Shown here one piece after another: positions 51,545 through 64,000 of a DNA stretch of 64,000 bases. The stretch comes from Camelus ferus. Its lineage: Eukaryota. The notes under the pieces are model-generated. The model worked only from the letters and a program-made list of their open reading frames with translations. It made no database searches and was not told the DNA's origin. The DNA is taken from contig NC_045696.1 in NCBI RefSeq assembly GCF_009834535.1, forward strand, positions 111,416,001 through 111,480,000, in the 5' to 3' direction. The first letter of the stretch is position 1; every line of letters starts with the position of its first letter. The position numbers were made by a program, and so were the translations under genes.

Positions 51545-51710
51545 CATATGAGGAAGGCGCTATTATTATTTCCATCTTTCAGTGAGAAAACTGAGGCTTA
51601 GGGACATTATTAATTAACAGTCCCAAGATGACACAGAGAGTCAGTAGCAGAGCTTGAAACCCAAAACCAGGAACAGCTGAGCCCAGAACCACCTGCTTAA
51701 GTCTTCCAAC
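51545..51710 (-). mobile_element. MIR SINE
   Basis: ATTATTATTTCCAT...GAAAACTGAGGCTTAG...CCCAAGATGACACAG. Confidence 0.7.
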
Positions 51711-54004
51711 ATGTTGCATCCTTTGAATTTTGTTTTTAAACTGTTATTTTGGAATAGAAGTGAGTTTTAGGAAGGCTGGTGAAGGTTTACCTGTTCCTTA
51801 AAGTGACTCTTCTGGGCTGTTGCATTCTCCCTCAGGCAGAAGAGGGGCCTGTAATGTTGAATCCTCCCAGACTGCTATTGGAAGAGCATCCATTGTCCCC
51901 ACCGGGGGACAGAGGTGAGTGCAACCAAGACAGGCCTGACGTCAGGGTCTCAGCATTCACCATCAGAGCCTGATCGCCACCCCAGGTTCCACTCTGAAAA
52001 AGCTGTGTGACCTTGGGAAAGTCCTTTGACATTGCCAGACTTTAGTCTATCTGTACATTAAAGGAAGACTCCTTTCCTAAGGGGAAAGTAAAGTCTGTGA
52101 CTGTTCTCACATCCCTCTGATCTTCATGGAGACCTGCTGATGCGCGACGCAGCCCTTTTACACCCACAGAACAAACCATAGAAAAGCCAGACAAGCCACC
52201 AGGTCTTAGAAGTTGGTCCCAGAACTCGTGGTCTCCATCATTGGAGGCTTCTCTCGACCTGAAATACCTGCATTTACATGCTACACGTTTGCTGGTGTTT
52301 TTTGTTTTGTTTTGTTTCATTCTTCTTGCTTCTTCTCCTACAAGTTAGAATATTGTGAAACACATCCAATTGATTAGTCTAGAAATCAAAAGCCTTTGTT
52401 TTCATGTCGAGCAGTCACCATAGCCCACACTTGGCTATCTAGCCTGCTTCCATTTTTGCTCCAAGTCTCATTGTCTCACAGGATTTTGCTTTTTCTTATT
52501 TAAGATTTCTGTAGAAATGACTGAACGATTCTTGGGAAAACCTCCTTTTCTCCCCTTACTGTTTTCTTCTCCACCTTTCCAGAAACAACTAGTTTAGAAC
52601 AAGGGAAATAATTATCAGTCCCTTCTCTACTTTGAGTCATGTCGACTAGCATTTCTAAATTTGCTGTTGGTTTTATTTTTATCTTTTTAGGCTTGATGAG
52701 TTGTAGATTGAAAGAGTGGTGGAGGAAAGAATCACAGTCTTGAATTTGAACTTTAGCAAGGAAATTACAGTGTTGGTGTACCCACTAGGAATTAATTTGC
52801 CCTTCCTAGTTTCTCCTGATAGATTCAAAAAGTAAACTCAAAATATGTAAAATTACATCTCTGCTGGGTACTTGTAATGAATCCATCTCTTCTCAATCCC
52901 CAGTACACAGGTTTCAGTTCAATTTAGTTGTCAAGCCACACCAAGATTAATGACCCTTTAGAACAGTAATCATCTTACCCAACCAACTAAATGAATCTCC
53001 CTCAGTGGGAATTTTGACTCTTGTAGCTAATCCATGGTCTTAGAAATCACGGGGCCGGAAAGAAACTTAAGAGGTACTCTAGGTCATCTTCACATCTTGA
53101 TTGAACCAAATTCAAAATAAATAGAACAATGAGATCTCTGCTTTAAACAGTCAAAGATCCATTAATCTTTTTAGTAATGCAGTGCTTACTGCAGGAGACA
53201 AATACAGAGAAATCTTTGCCTTCCATTTTTCCAAGGGAAAGAGGGAAGTGGTTTTGGCTATCAGATTTTGAATATAATTTAAACCCTAAGTGAAATTTGT
53301 ACTTTAACTCATTAAGAATCTTTTAAAGAACCATGAATTTAATACCTTGAAAAAATTGCTGAAATAAAGTGTGGGCATTTCTAAAATAAGTGCCCTGTTG
53401 GCGTGGACAAGCAATGGTATTCAGAGAGACTAATTCAAACTGCCAGAAATATGCTAAAATAACTCTGCACATTAACAAAGAAAATTCTAAAATTAATTTA
53501 TATATTGTGTTACTCAGGAATCTTATTTGCAAGTAATACACTCTGGCTGATTTAATCAGAAAATGAATGAATTGAAATTCTATCAGCTGCTTTGGGTTGC
53601 TAGGAAGGCTGGAAGTCAGTCAGGAACAGGGGATGCTAGACTGCATCCCAGCTAGAGCCAGAGTGATACCACAGGGCTTACCCAGCAAAGACTCTGCTTC
53701 CAATGTCCTTGAAAACCAAATTCAAATAGTTTATAAAAATTTCCACCAGTGGCCCCAGACTCCAGATGCCCAAGATTGTCCCAGAAATGTGTATTTCCTC
53801 CATTGCTGCTGCTACCACAGTAAATGAGAATGAATTACACACTGATCCCACCTCTCTGCATTTCTAGCTCCTGATCTGTGTTACCGATTGATCAACCATA
53901 GATCTAGTGCCTACAAAAGGGGTAACGAAAGCAACTATCTACCCTTTTGTATTTCTTTTATGTGAATGAGGCTTTTCCTCCCACCAAGACTCATAGGAGG
54001 GGTT

Positions 54005-54435
54005 GACAGTCAGGATAGGCCAAGTTATGCTGCAATAACCAATGACCTCCAAAATCTTAGTGGCTTTAACATAAAACAGTTATGTTTGCTTCTTTCTTTT
54101 TTCTCGGTCTCACTACTTATCAGTCACTAATTATCTAGGAGGTCTGCTCTGTGTCACTGCCTTGTTCTCACTCAAGGACGTAGGCTGCCAGTGCAGCCTC
54201 CGTGTGTAGCTGTAGGTCGTCATGGCAAAGGGAGAGCATGGGAAAACATACACCAGCATTTCAGATTCTAACTGGAAGTGCGCATGTCCTTCCTGCCTAG
54301 ACTTTAGTGGCCAAAGCCACTAGATGGCCACACCCAGATTCAAAAGGAATGGAAGACACAGGGAAATACAGTGCTACCATTTGCTCAGAAAAAGAACCAG
54401 AAATACTCGAAGGACAGCACTAATGAATAGCATCC
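54005..54435 (-). mobile_element. MaLR LTR (MLT1J-like), adjacent to or nested in an older MLT1 (~53508-54000)
   Basis: AGTCAGGATAGGCCAAGTTATGCTGCAATAAC...AAATCTTAGTGGCTT...ACAGCACTAATGA. Confidence 0.7.
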
Positions 54436-54499
54436 CAAATATATGAAGGGGATTCTGACACTAAGCAGCCAAAAACTGACACATGTCTATTATATGTTA

Positions 54500-54710
54500 G
54501 TGATAGTTAACACTTACTGAGCAGTTACCATGTTCCAGGCACTGTTGCTATTGAACTGCCTTCTATAGCTTATCTCATTGAACTGATTCAAGGACCTGTC
54601 TTTTACCATTATCCTCATTTATTAATGAGGAAACTGAGGTTAAAGAGATTATGTGGCTAGCACAGGGTCACACAACAGGGACTGAAGAGCTAAGGTTTCA
54701 ACTTATAATT
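54500..54710 (-). mobile_element. MIR SINE
   Basis: ACACTTACTGAGC...CCAGGCACTGT...ATGAGGAAACTGAGG...AGGGTCACACA. Confidence 0.75.
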
Positions 54711-57700
54711 ATCAGGAACTATAAAACAAAGACCAAAAAAATCAGAGTTTTTCCCAAATGAACAGCAAGTTCAAACAAAGGGATGGCTGAAGGCTCACGA
54801 GGGAAATGGAATTTCTCATCTACTTCCCACCTCTGTCCTCTCTCTCTTCCCAGTTCCCCTCCTCTTCTTGCTTCTCACTCTCACTAATTCTGTGTGTCAG
54901 TCCCAAGTCTCCTTCCTGGAGACCTTGACCATGAATTGTGGAAGGAAAGGTGCCTGGCTGGGCCAGAGCTGGAAGATCTGGGTCCTTTTACCAGGCTTTG
55001 GACTGTAAGCAACTCCCAGCCACTCTGAGTCTCAATCTTCTCAGCTATAAAGTGGTAGTAATAACCTTAAAGTATAGGATTGTGGTAGAAGCAAAACAAG
55101 TTACCACAGAGTACTTCAAAAAAACAAACACTATTCGTGTAAAACATTATTAGTAGAACAATGATCTGATAAAGGATGTCTGCTATAATCAGAAGCATCT
55201 GAAAAAAGTGAAAAAAGCATCAAAATCCAAAAGGACTGAACAGCTGGAGAAATTCCTGGCCATAAAGGAGGTATTTGGAGGAATTATCTTTTTCGGACTT
55301 TTTCTGAAATAACACCAGATAGGTCCGCTTGCAAGATTTGCCTTGTTCTCCCAATAGACCCCTGTCAGTAGAGCTTACCAAGCCAGCTCCCTGGCACTCT
55401 CCATTCTAAATAAACCTAATTCCTTAAGCCTCTCCTCCTAAGCCTCTCTAATGCTTTTGAGGAAACAGTGACACCACATATCATGTTAATCCTGACTCAT
55501 TTGGTTGATAATGAACAATAATTAAACGTGCCTTCTAGATAATATATTGTAGAATTCTTAAAATGATTCTGTTCATTTTGGGGATGTCATTGTGAGGTTA
55601 GGATTTCTAAATTCTTTTACTTTTATTAGGTTAAGTGGATAGGAGAGATCCGTGTGGAATAAAAGTGTCCCTCTATTCAGCTGTTCGGAACAGAGGGAAG
55701 AGCCAGTGCTGATAATTGGAGAAAATGTCAGTGCCAACTAAAAGTCTCCACTGAAACATCTCCCATTACAATCTGCCATGTGACTGCTGTGACCTAAAGT
55801 CGCTCCTTTCAGCCTTTTCCGTTAACTAAGATATTTTTCCATTGTGTCGATTAGAGTAGAACCAATTGCTTAAAAGCATTCACATCCACAGCATGTCTAA
55901 ATGAATGATATAATGCTGTTTTTTCAAAGCCTGTTTTGTGCAAGGCAGACCCAGAGGTAGCAGATGGACACTTTCATGGTGCTAAAAGAGCTGTGTATTT
56001 ATTATAAAACAGAATTCTGTTGCTTAAGAAACAGCTCATTTTATGCTTCCTTTACAACGAAAAAAAAAAGGCATTCATCTTCTGTTATATATCCAAAAAT
56101 TATCTTAGTTGGCAAAAATAATAGAGAAATAAGAAAAGGAAAGACCAACATGGGGAAAGTCTATAGTTTTCAATTATTGTTGGGGAAATTATCCACTTTT
56201 GTTTCTTGGCAGCAATTTCTTTTAAAGCACCATTCATTTTCTGAGACACCAGATACATTTCAGGACCATGTCATGTCTCTAACAGACTTTATTCATATCT
56301 TAAGCAAAACACATTGCAAAAGGTAAAATCGCTCTATCTTGCAAATCAAATATAAGTGATTATTTAGTCCTAGTATTAAATTGCTTTCTACCACTCTGCC
56401 CTATACTCTGTGGTCACTATCAAATGGCTGTATCTTATTCTTTTGTGGTTTTGAAACCACAAAAAGGGTCTTCAAAGAACAAAATCTTAATTTTGGTGAA
56501 GGTAACTCAGCTGTTTCTAAATCCTTTTGTCAAATTGTCAATCATTCACTTCTTCCCATTGATGAACTCTAATATCAAGTAGCTGATGAAGAGGGATTTT
56601 TTTTTAATGACTGTATCTAGATTCCGCATAAAAATCTTTGAAAAGGGTAGCATGAAATTCACTATCTCTGTCCCCATGTAAATGCGGGGGTTGCAAAAAC
56701 ACAACCCAGTTTCCCAGGGTATTAGCAACAGCCTGAAAATGATCAAGATGGCAACTGTTTCTCTAAAGAATGTCTCATGTCTACCCATTTGGGTCACCAG
56801 GGTTGTGGCTCTACATACAATGCCTTCTTTTGCTGTCATTTCCTCTTGGTGTCACGTTGCCTCCCCTGCTTCTCTGCAACATCTTTCTGTAAATAACCAA
56901 ACTTTCCAGTGGGAACATTGCATTTCCCACTGTCTCTTGGAAAGTGAAGACTGCTTTACATTTCTCTTATGAAAAAAAAAAAGAAAAGAAAAAATTAGTC
57001 AGTTCACTTGCATGATTTTAAAGAATTTCTTTCCCAGAGGTCTATACTACAAAAGAAAAAGAGAAAAAGAGGCTTCTTCCTCTACTGAAAGGATCCCCAG
57101 GAGAGAAAATAATCAACACATTTAGTTCCTTAAGAGTGAGAAAGATCAAGCAGTCATCAGGCACCCCTTGCTGGGAAAATCTGGGACAGGAGGGCCATTT
57201 GCACATATTTGGTTAATTAAAAAGTTAGAGTTTTATTTTACTGACTCTATAGAACTATTTCTTTTCTTTCTCTGCATTTTGAACATATGCTCTTGTACTG
57301 AATTTTTATAATGCAATGCTTTAGAAAAAGCATTAGTGTAAAACTTCTTTTAAACATCTCCAACTCTAAACCCTAAATGTCATTTCCCCCGTGAAGTAAG
57401 ACTGTAAAAATGTATAATTCAGGTTTTACAGGGCCTATTGTTACTTAAGAAGACGATATAAGTCAATTCTCATTAAAATGATATGTGTTCCATATTACAA
57501 CTTTCAGTTATGCACATTGACTCCAACTATGACTCATCATTCCGTGAGCTTTAAGACAAGAAAGTCAGAAAGCCAAGGAGAAGCATTTTATCATCAGTAT
57601 TTGGGCAAGAGTGGATTTGGGTCTGCTAGGATTAGAGAAACCCCCAAAATCTCCTTTGCCTTCCTTTATGAGAGATAATGCATTGTCTTTTTATCTAAGC

Positions 57701-58214
57701 CAGTTTAAGTATGGATTCCTGTTACTTGTAGCCAGTAGCATCCAAATATATAAAATAGTATTTTTAGTTAAAAGCAACAGAGTTCAACTCACCAGATCAC
57801 TTCACCAGAAGAAAATATATTAGACAGATCCCCGGGGGATCACAGTACTGATTAATCTGAAATATCAGATTTGGAAACTAACATAAACCTAGACAGTTAC
57901 AAAGGGCCATGATTTCCAAAGCCAGAAGAGTGTCACCAGTGTGACAGTCTGATTAAATGGCTCCCTCCTCATTCTTATGTTCTTTACTCAAGATTTTCTA
58001 CCTTGATGGCCATGCTTAGAACACATTCTACAATTGGGGTGTGCAGAGAGCAGGAAGGAATAGAAAGTTTTTAGCTCCCTTCATTTTCATGCTGGGAAAG
58101 GAGCAGCCTCACTCCAAGAACATAAGACAAGTAAACTCCTCAAGGAACTGGAAAATTAAGAGAAATGAGGATGGACTCTGGGCAAATTACAATGACAAAT
58201 AATTTAGCAAAAGA

Positions 58215-58390
58215 GCAAGGGCTTTGAAGTTAGACAGACTCCATTTATTAGGTGTGTGACCTTGAGCGAAATTACCTTCTCCCTTTAGATTTCAGGTTTT
58301 AAATCTATAAAATGAAAATAATTATGACAGTGGAAATAACATCTGCTTTATAGAAGTCTTCCAAAGATCAAATAATACGTACAAAAAATT
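58215..58390 (+). mobile_element. MIR SINE
   Basis: GGCTTTGAAGTTAGACAG...TGTGTGACCTTGAGC...ATCTATAAAATG. Confidence 0.7.
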
Positions 58391-59199
58391 TTAACAAGAA
58401 ACCACATCAAAGTAGCTGTGGACCATCCGTACCAGCAGCGGCCTGGTTCTCAGTATTTCCAGAAGAGATAGGAGGTGCCCGCTGCAGCATGCTCTTTCCC
58501 AATTATAATATTGCTTTTTAAAAACTCGTGACTTTAACAGCAACATCCTGGAGGATTCTCTGGGCACAAAAAAAAAAAAAAAAAAGCCAGGCAAAAACCC
58601 TCTAAAAGCCTCCATCCTAATATTGGGTCTAAGAAAAAGAAATCCCTTTATGCTTGGGAATTAAGGTGACACATCTGGGTATCTCCTACCTAAATGAAGG
58701 AACTTCTGCATGTTGTCTCCATGTCTCAAGGAAAGGTTGAGGTGCCACTAAGGGGACTGGTAATGTCTTGTGGTTCAGATTCAATCATCATCTCAATGAA
58801 TTCCCACCCTCCACAGTGGCTCCTCCTTCCTTGACAATGGATCTGGGACCCTCATGGCTGTGACAACTTCACTTACAGGACATCAGCTTCCTCCATCGTT
58901 CTACCCCCTGAGGGGCTCTGGGCTTCCACTGGCACGGCTAACTGCTCAGGAGCTAGGGGAAGTGTGTTGCTCAGAAGATACTGGCACCAACCCTGGCTTT
59001 CTAATGGATAACAATGCTCCTAAGGCATTAAAGCTAATGGCTTAAAGGTGCTTTGTTAAAACCCGTAAATCATTTGTAAATTGTAATGAAACTCCTATGT
59101 TTTTAGCCCCAAAACAGCATGGTAGTTGAAAGTTTGGATTTCAGAGTCAGACCTGAATTCTCATTTAGTTCCATCCTTCTCCCTAAGTTTAAAGAAACT

Positions 59200-59582
59200 G
59201 TAAATTTTCCAGCAAAAATCTGTGCTTCATCTTTAGTTTAAGGGGAGTGGCTGCTCATCCAGGGACTGTATATCCCAGACCTTTTTTCACCTAAGTAGGG
59301 ACATCTGACTAGTTCTTACGCATGTGTGAGAAGCAGCATGCAGCAGACGAAGACTGTTCAGAAGCAAGTTGCCTTCCTCATGCTCTCTTCCCCATCAGCA
59401 TTGACTAGAGAGGAATGGGGGTCCTGGGAGGTGGCAGAGCCATGAAATGAAAGGAACCTGGATCACTGTGTGGAGCAATGCCTTCCTCCAATCACAGATG
59501 TCTGCTGTGAACTGTGATGTTTAACCCACTGTACACTTTGGGGTTATTTCTTATTGCTTCCTACGCTACCCTAACTAATACG
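59200..59582 (+). mobile_element. MaLR LTR (MLT1I/J-like)
   Basis: GGCAGAGCCATGAAATGAAAGGAACCTGG...CCCTAACTAATAC terminus. Confidence 0.6.
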
Positions 59583-62230
59583 TAAGTGCTATGTAAATAT
59601 TTGTTGAAGATGTGAGTGTATTTCCTCCTAGTCTGTTTTTTCTATACACCGTTCTTATATTTTTGTGACAGCTTTACCATTGAGAGTGTTATAAAGGTAT
59701 GTTCATATAGTACACAGTTTTCTATACTGTGTTCCTTTTTATATTTAAAATACTTTTTCTTGTTTCTATATTCTTGTGAACAGATTTTAATAATCATAGA
59801 AACTTCTGAGTGGATATTTCATAACTTAACTTACTTATTGGTGGAAACTTACCTTCACCCTTTTACTTCAATCCTGTAATGAATAATTTTGTAACTGAAA
59901 GTCCACCTAATGTTGTACATTTTCTAATAATTTTTTGATGGCTGTACTTCTTTTAACATACAACTTTGTTTTGCTTGATATATGTGAAAACGTTTAACAC
60001 AATCTTCTTCCAAATCGTGAGACAAACCTCGGTTGCATTCAAGACCAAAATCTTAAGCCTTGTTGGCCTCATATGCTTTCTCTCCTCTCTCCTGAAGGAT
60101 GCCACAGCAGCCTTCCTCTCTGCTAAGGTGTTTGATGTGCTTATGTTTAAGGTCAGGGATTGTTTCTTATTATTTTCAAAAGACAGAGAGCAGTTGGCTC
60201 CTGGTCAAGGTTCCAGTGGTAATCAACTCATCAGTCTTAAAGATTGATACTGACATTAACTAATTTAATAGAAGGGTTGATCTTTTATAATCTTAAATGG
60301 GGAAAAAAGCTATTTTAGTGTCATAATAACTGATTTTTGAAAACCACTACCACTACAACAAAAATCTGTTAGCTGAGTCCTGGGATTCACTGTGTTACAA
60401 GAAACATGTTACATTCATGGCAAGTGGTTGATAATCTAAAGTCTCTTCCATAACATTTTAGAAATGTGTTTCTTCTGCTCTAGACCCTTAAATTTTGGAT
60501 ATTTATTGATTAAATTTTGGATATTATTGATTAAAAGGAAAACAGTTGAAAGAATTATGCAGGACTTTGAATCTCAGTCCTCTCACACATATGGTCCTTG
60601 AGACAAGCTTCCAAGCTTTGTTGTAAAAACAAACCTATGATTTCTCATGATTTAGTAAAAGTTAAAAATTGAAGTGGAAGAAGAAAACAGATTCTGAAAA
60701 TGGAATTAGAAAGAGAGTCTTGAGATGAGAGCATGTTTGTATATAGAGGAAGAATTCAATACGGCAGGATACTCTGGTTATGAAGGGGACAGGTGGTATT
60801 GCTGGGGAAGTGACTCTTTAAGAAAGTGATAGAGACGCACTCCAGAGCCCAGTGAACTGGCCCTTCGAGAGGACCAGAGATATTTATCTTCTGCAACAAC
60901 AGAAGGAAGAGAGCTCAGGGCCACAACCCCAAAGAGGTGGGATAACAGCCTAGAGTGAGTCAGCCTGTGCTGTGCGGGCTCAGACTTTGGTGCTGGAACT
61001 CAGAGGTTCAGCTCAGTCTCCAGCAAGATCTGACTTTTCATGCCCCTCTTCTGGTCACTGCCATCCTTTTTCCTCACCAAGTTTCTACTTTCTTTCTACT
61101 CCAATTTCTCATCGGTTTAAAAAAGATAATTCAATACCCTCTTCTTCAAGAAGCTGTTTCAGCCTACATGAATTTCTCCTTTCTCCGAATTCTAGAAGTC
61201 CTACACAGTCTGCATTTGGCATTTTATTATGTACTATTTTGGTCTCTAAATGTTTCTTGTTTGCATGATGGAATTAGAGGTCCATGAGACACTGAAGATG
61301 TTTTTTCATATCTAGTCTTCTGTGGTGCTTAAATGCCAGTAAAGATACTGCTCTATCTCAGAAACTACCCAGTTGCTTATGGATTGCTGCACAGGTAAGC
61401 AGAAGAGATCAGAACAGGAATTACAGAACAAATAGTGTTTCCAGTGAGCACTCATCATTACTACACCGTGAACCCCAGACGCTAATTAATTTGGGCTGAA
61501 TTAAATTCCGCAGAGGTATGGTAAAAGCAACAGGGTGCCAGAAACATTGCCACCACTAGCTCTTTGAATATATCTGGCCAAGGCCAACGGTGCCAGCACC
61601 CCTGAGATGAGACTGCTCATTCTAAAATCAAATCAAGGTATTACCCACATTTATTGAGGAAAGATTATAACACTCATTATTGAATATCATGATTATTAAG
61701 TTAATTTTTGCATTAGGATGTATCTCCCTTATTCAATCCATATGATAGACAGGATAAACTAGTGCAAACCTGCCACATCTCACAATTACCGTATTTTCAG
61801 TAAAGGGTTCTGTGTTGAACAAAAAAAGAACCTGAATATATGTCATTGTCATTTCAATGAAGGAAACAGAATTTATTTTTTCAGGATCCCCGACTATATT
61901 GCTATTAAATTATAAATGTTCTCTTAAATAATTTGTATCTTCATGGGGTTGGGATGTACTGAAACTGCAGCTCAGACATTCTTTCCTGCTCCTGTGTTAT
62001 ACCTAATCTGTCCTTCGTGACTGACTATTTTCCGGTTGGACTTAAAGCGTGTCCATTTTATTTAGATATATGACAGTATTAGTGATGACTTGCGATAGGA
62101 AATCAGTTGTGTTCTCATTTGGTGATGGCTTCAGGCCTCCTTGGCTGGATGGCATCTCAGTAAGGACAGAGCACTCAAGAAAGATGGAGGGGGGCGATTT
62201 TCAATAGCCAGCTCCAAATCTGTTATCCCC

Positions 62231-62234
<4 letters not shown>

Positions 62235-62276
<42 letters not shown>
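62235..62276 (+). repeat. (CA)21 microsatellite
   Basis: Perfect CA run. Confidence 0.97.
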
Positions 62277-62277
<1 letters not shown>

Positions 62278-63559
62278 CAATGCAAAATAAATAAAGTTCA
62301 TTTGTCAATAAATTACTAGCTGGATTATATCTGTTTATTATAATAAAAAGTGCTTGCCAGAGTTCTAATCCCTGATCCTTCCTCCACCCCACGACCACTG
62401 GCTCCTTGGATTCTTCCGGTTGCTCATGCTCCGAGATCAAACTTGCCAAATGAAGGCTTCCAGCCAATACACACTAGATGCTTTTGGCCCGTCTACAGGA
62501 TGGGCTGGGGCAAAAAAATGGTAGGAAGGGCTGGCAAGGGGGACAGAGTGATATGGCAGAAATTTAAGAGTCATTAACTCTAGTACAGAAAAGGCAAAGG
62601 TTATCACACAGAACATTCTGTAAAACATAAAGTTAAGAAGGGAACTGCTATTGTTCCTTGTAGTGATTTATAGTGTTTTACCAAAAGATTTTCATCTCTG
62701 AGGGGTATTACTTCTTATAAAAGAAATGCAATGGTCTTCTAAATCCTGCTGAAGAAGGCTCATTTAATGCTCTTGAAATTATCTTAGTTGAAAATGTCTT
62801 CTCGGTTCTTTTTAAATCAGTCTTTACCTTTCCTTACCTTTCCTCCAACTCCCTAATCACACTCCCTAGTCAGTCCCTCTCAAATCAACTGGGAGAAAAA
62901 TCAGAATTTCCTCTTCTAGGAAATCTACTCCATGAAGGAAACGATAAAATTTTTTGTCATTTGGAGTTTACAACTAATTATTTTGCTCTCTGAAAACAGC
63001 CTGGATCTGTCTAAAGAGTCATTCTAGGAAAGTTTTCCCTTTCTTTGAACTTTTTTAGATGCAAACCTGAGAAAGGTTACTTTTAACTTGTTTGGAAGCA
63101 GTCGTTTCACCAAAGGTGCAAAAGCACATTTATAAATTGGTTTGGGATCATTGTGTCTTTTGGCTGCTCTAATTCCTTGAGAAACACAATTTCCCATTAA
63201 TGCTGGAAATCTTGAGAAATAGAAAAGCTACATTCTTTCCTATGGTGAGCAACACCTTTCCAATGCTCTTCCTTGGCCTGAAGTGCCCTTTCTGCTCCGG
63301 CCCATTTTTCTGTGTGGACTTTGGTGGATCTGCCCTGTTAGGGTCAGTCTTCCTGGGAATCCTCTCCAGACGCACTCATGCAGAGTTAATGACCCCCTCT
63401 TTGGCACCACTGACAGACATGACACTGCCCTGACCATCTACAATGCCATTATTACTTTGCTGTCCCATATGAGCACCGGGAGAACAGGGGCTGTCCTTGA
63501 TTTAGCTTCACATCCTCACTGCACACAGCAGATGTATAATAGGTGCCTGGTGAGTGAAT

Positions 63560-63750
63560 GATTCTCTACTCCATTACTTACTAGCGTTATGATCCTGGGT
63601 GAGCCATGCAGTCTCCTGATGCCTCAATTCCCTCATATGTGGCAAATAATATAGACCTTATTGGATTGTGGACAGGATTAAAAGATTAAATGCTTATCCA
63701 CATACTTGACCCATAGGAGGAGTTAGTGCAGACAAAATGCTGATTACCTA
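63560..63750 (+). mobile_element. MIR SINE
   Basis: TACTTACTAGC...GCCTCAATTCCCTCAT...GGATTAAAAGATTAAATG. Confidence 0.65.
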
Positions 63751-64000
63751 GTAAATGCTAGATGTTACACCAGTATGGGGCAGCAGTGTGTTTAGAGAAG
63801 GTGAGCCCATCCTTTACACCCAGATAGGGACCTCTTTTGACAATGACAGGTTTAGGACTAGGCTGAAGGCTCAGTCCCACATAACAAAACTCTGAGGGGT
63901 TTCTTGGATTTTCTTCTTCGATAAAAGAGAGACTCAGGAGGAAAAAGACTGTCCCCCTTTTGTCTCCCATGAACACTGTTTTTTGAGCTGTGCCCTATAT

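Noticed and set aside
59852..59872. 21-nt minus-strand micro-exon with a consensus gtaagt donor
   Set aside because: Stop codons in all three frames, weak pyrimidine tract, and located in a decayed L1M-like region.
60488..60535. 22-bp tandem duplication
   Set aside because: Ordinary slippage event with no functional context.
1..64000. CRISPR array, prokaryotic operon or foreign DNA insert
   Set aside because: No repeat-spacer periodicity or long coding ORFs; composition and repeats are uniformly mammalian.

Overview
Mammalian, AT-rich, repeat-dense non-coding DNA (intronic or intergenic). The tRNA-Ala-derived SINEs resemble the camelid vic-1 family and the young L1 3' UTRs are cetartiodactyl-type, so the source is probably a camelid (camel, alpaca or vicuna); this is inference from recognition, not a search. 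No recognisable protein-coding exon, functional RNA gene or CRISPR array was found. The ORF track is essentially noise apart from decayed L1 ORF2 pieces. The window contains four tRNA-derived SINEs, eight young L1 3' fragments (two with twin-priming 5' inversions), two solo LTRs with intact ends, and many ancient eutherian repeats (MIR, L2, L1M, MLT1, ERVL LTRs, MER2/5/20/58). It also has microsatellites and several repeat-free blocks that look like conserved non-coding elements. The most unusual object is a 295-bp, CpG-rich, apparently young solo LTR at 14262-14556 with TG...CA ends, a perfect 5-bp target-site duplication, a TATA box and AATAAA, which I cannot assign to a known family. Weak candidate lncRNA exons are present on both strands. 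Boundaries of ancient repeats are approximate and family names are from recognition only.
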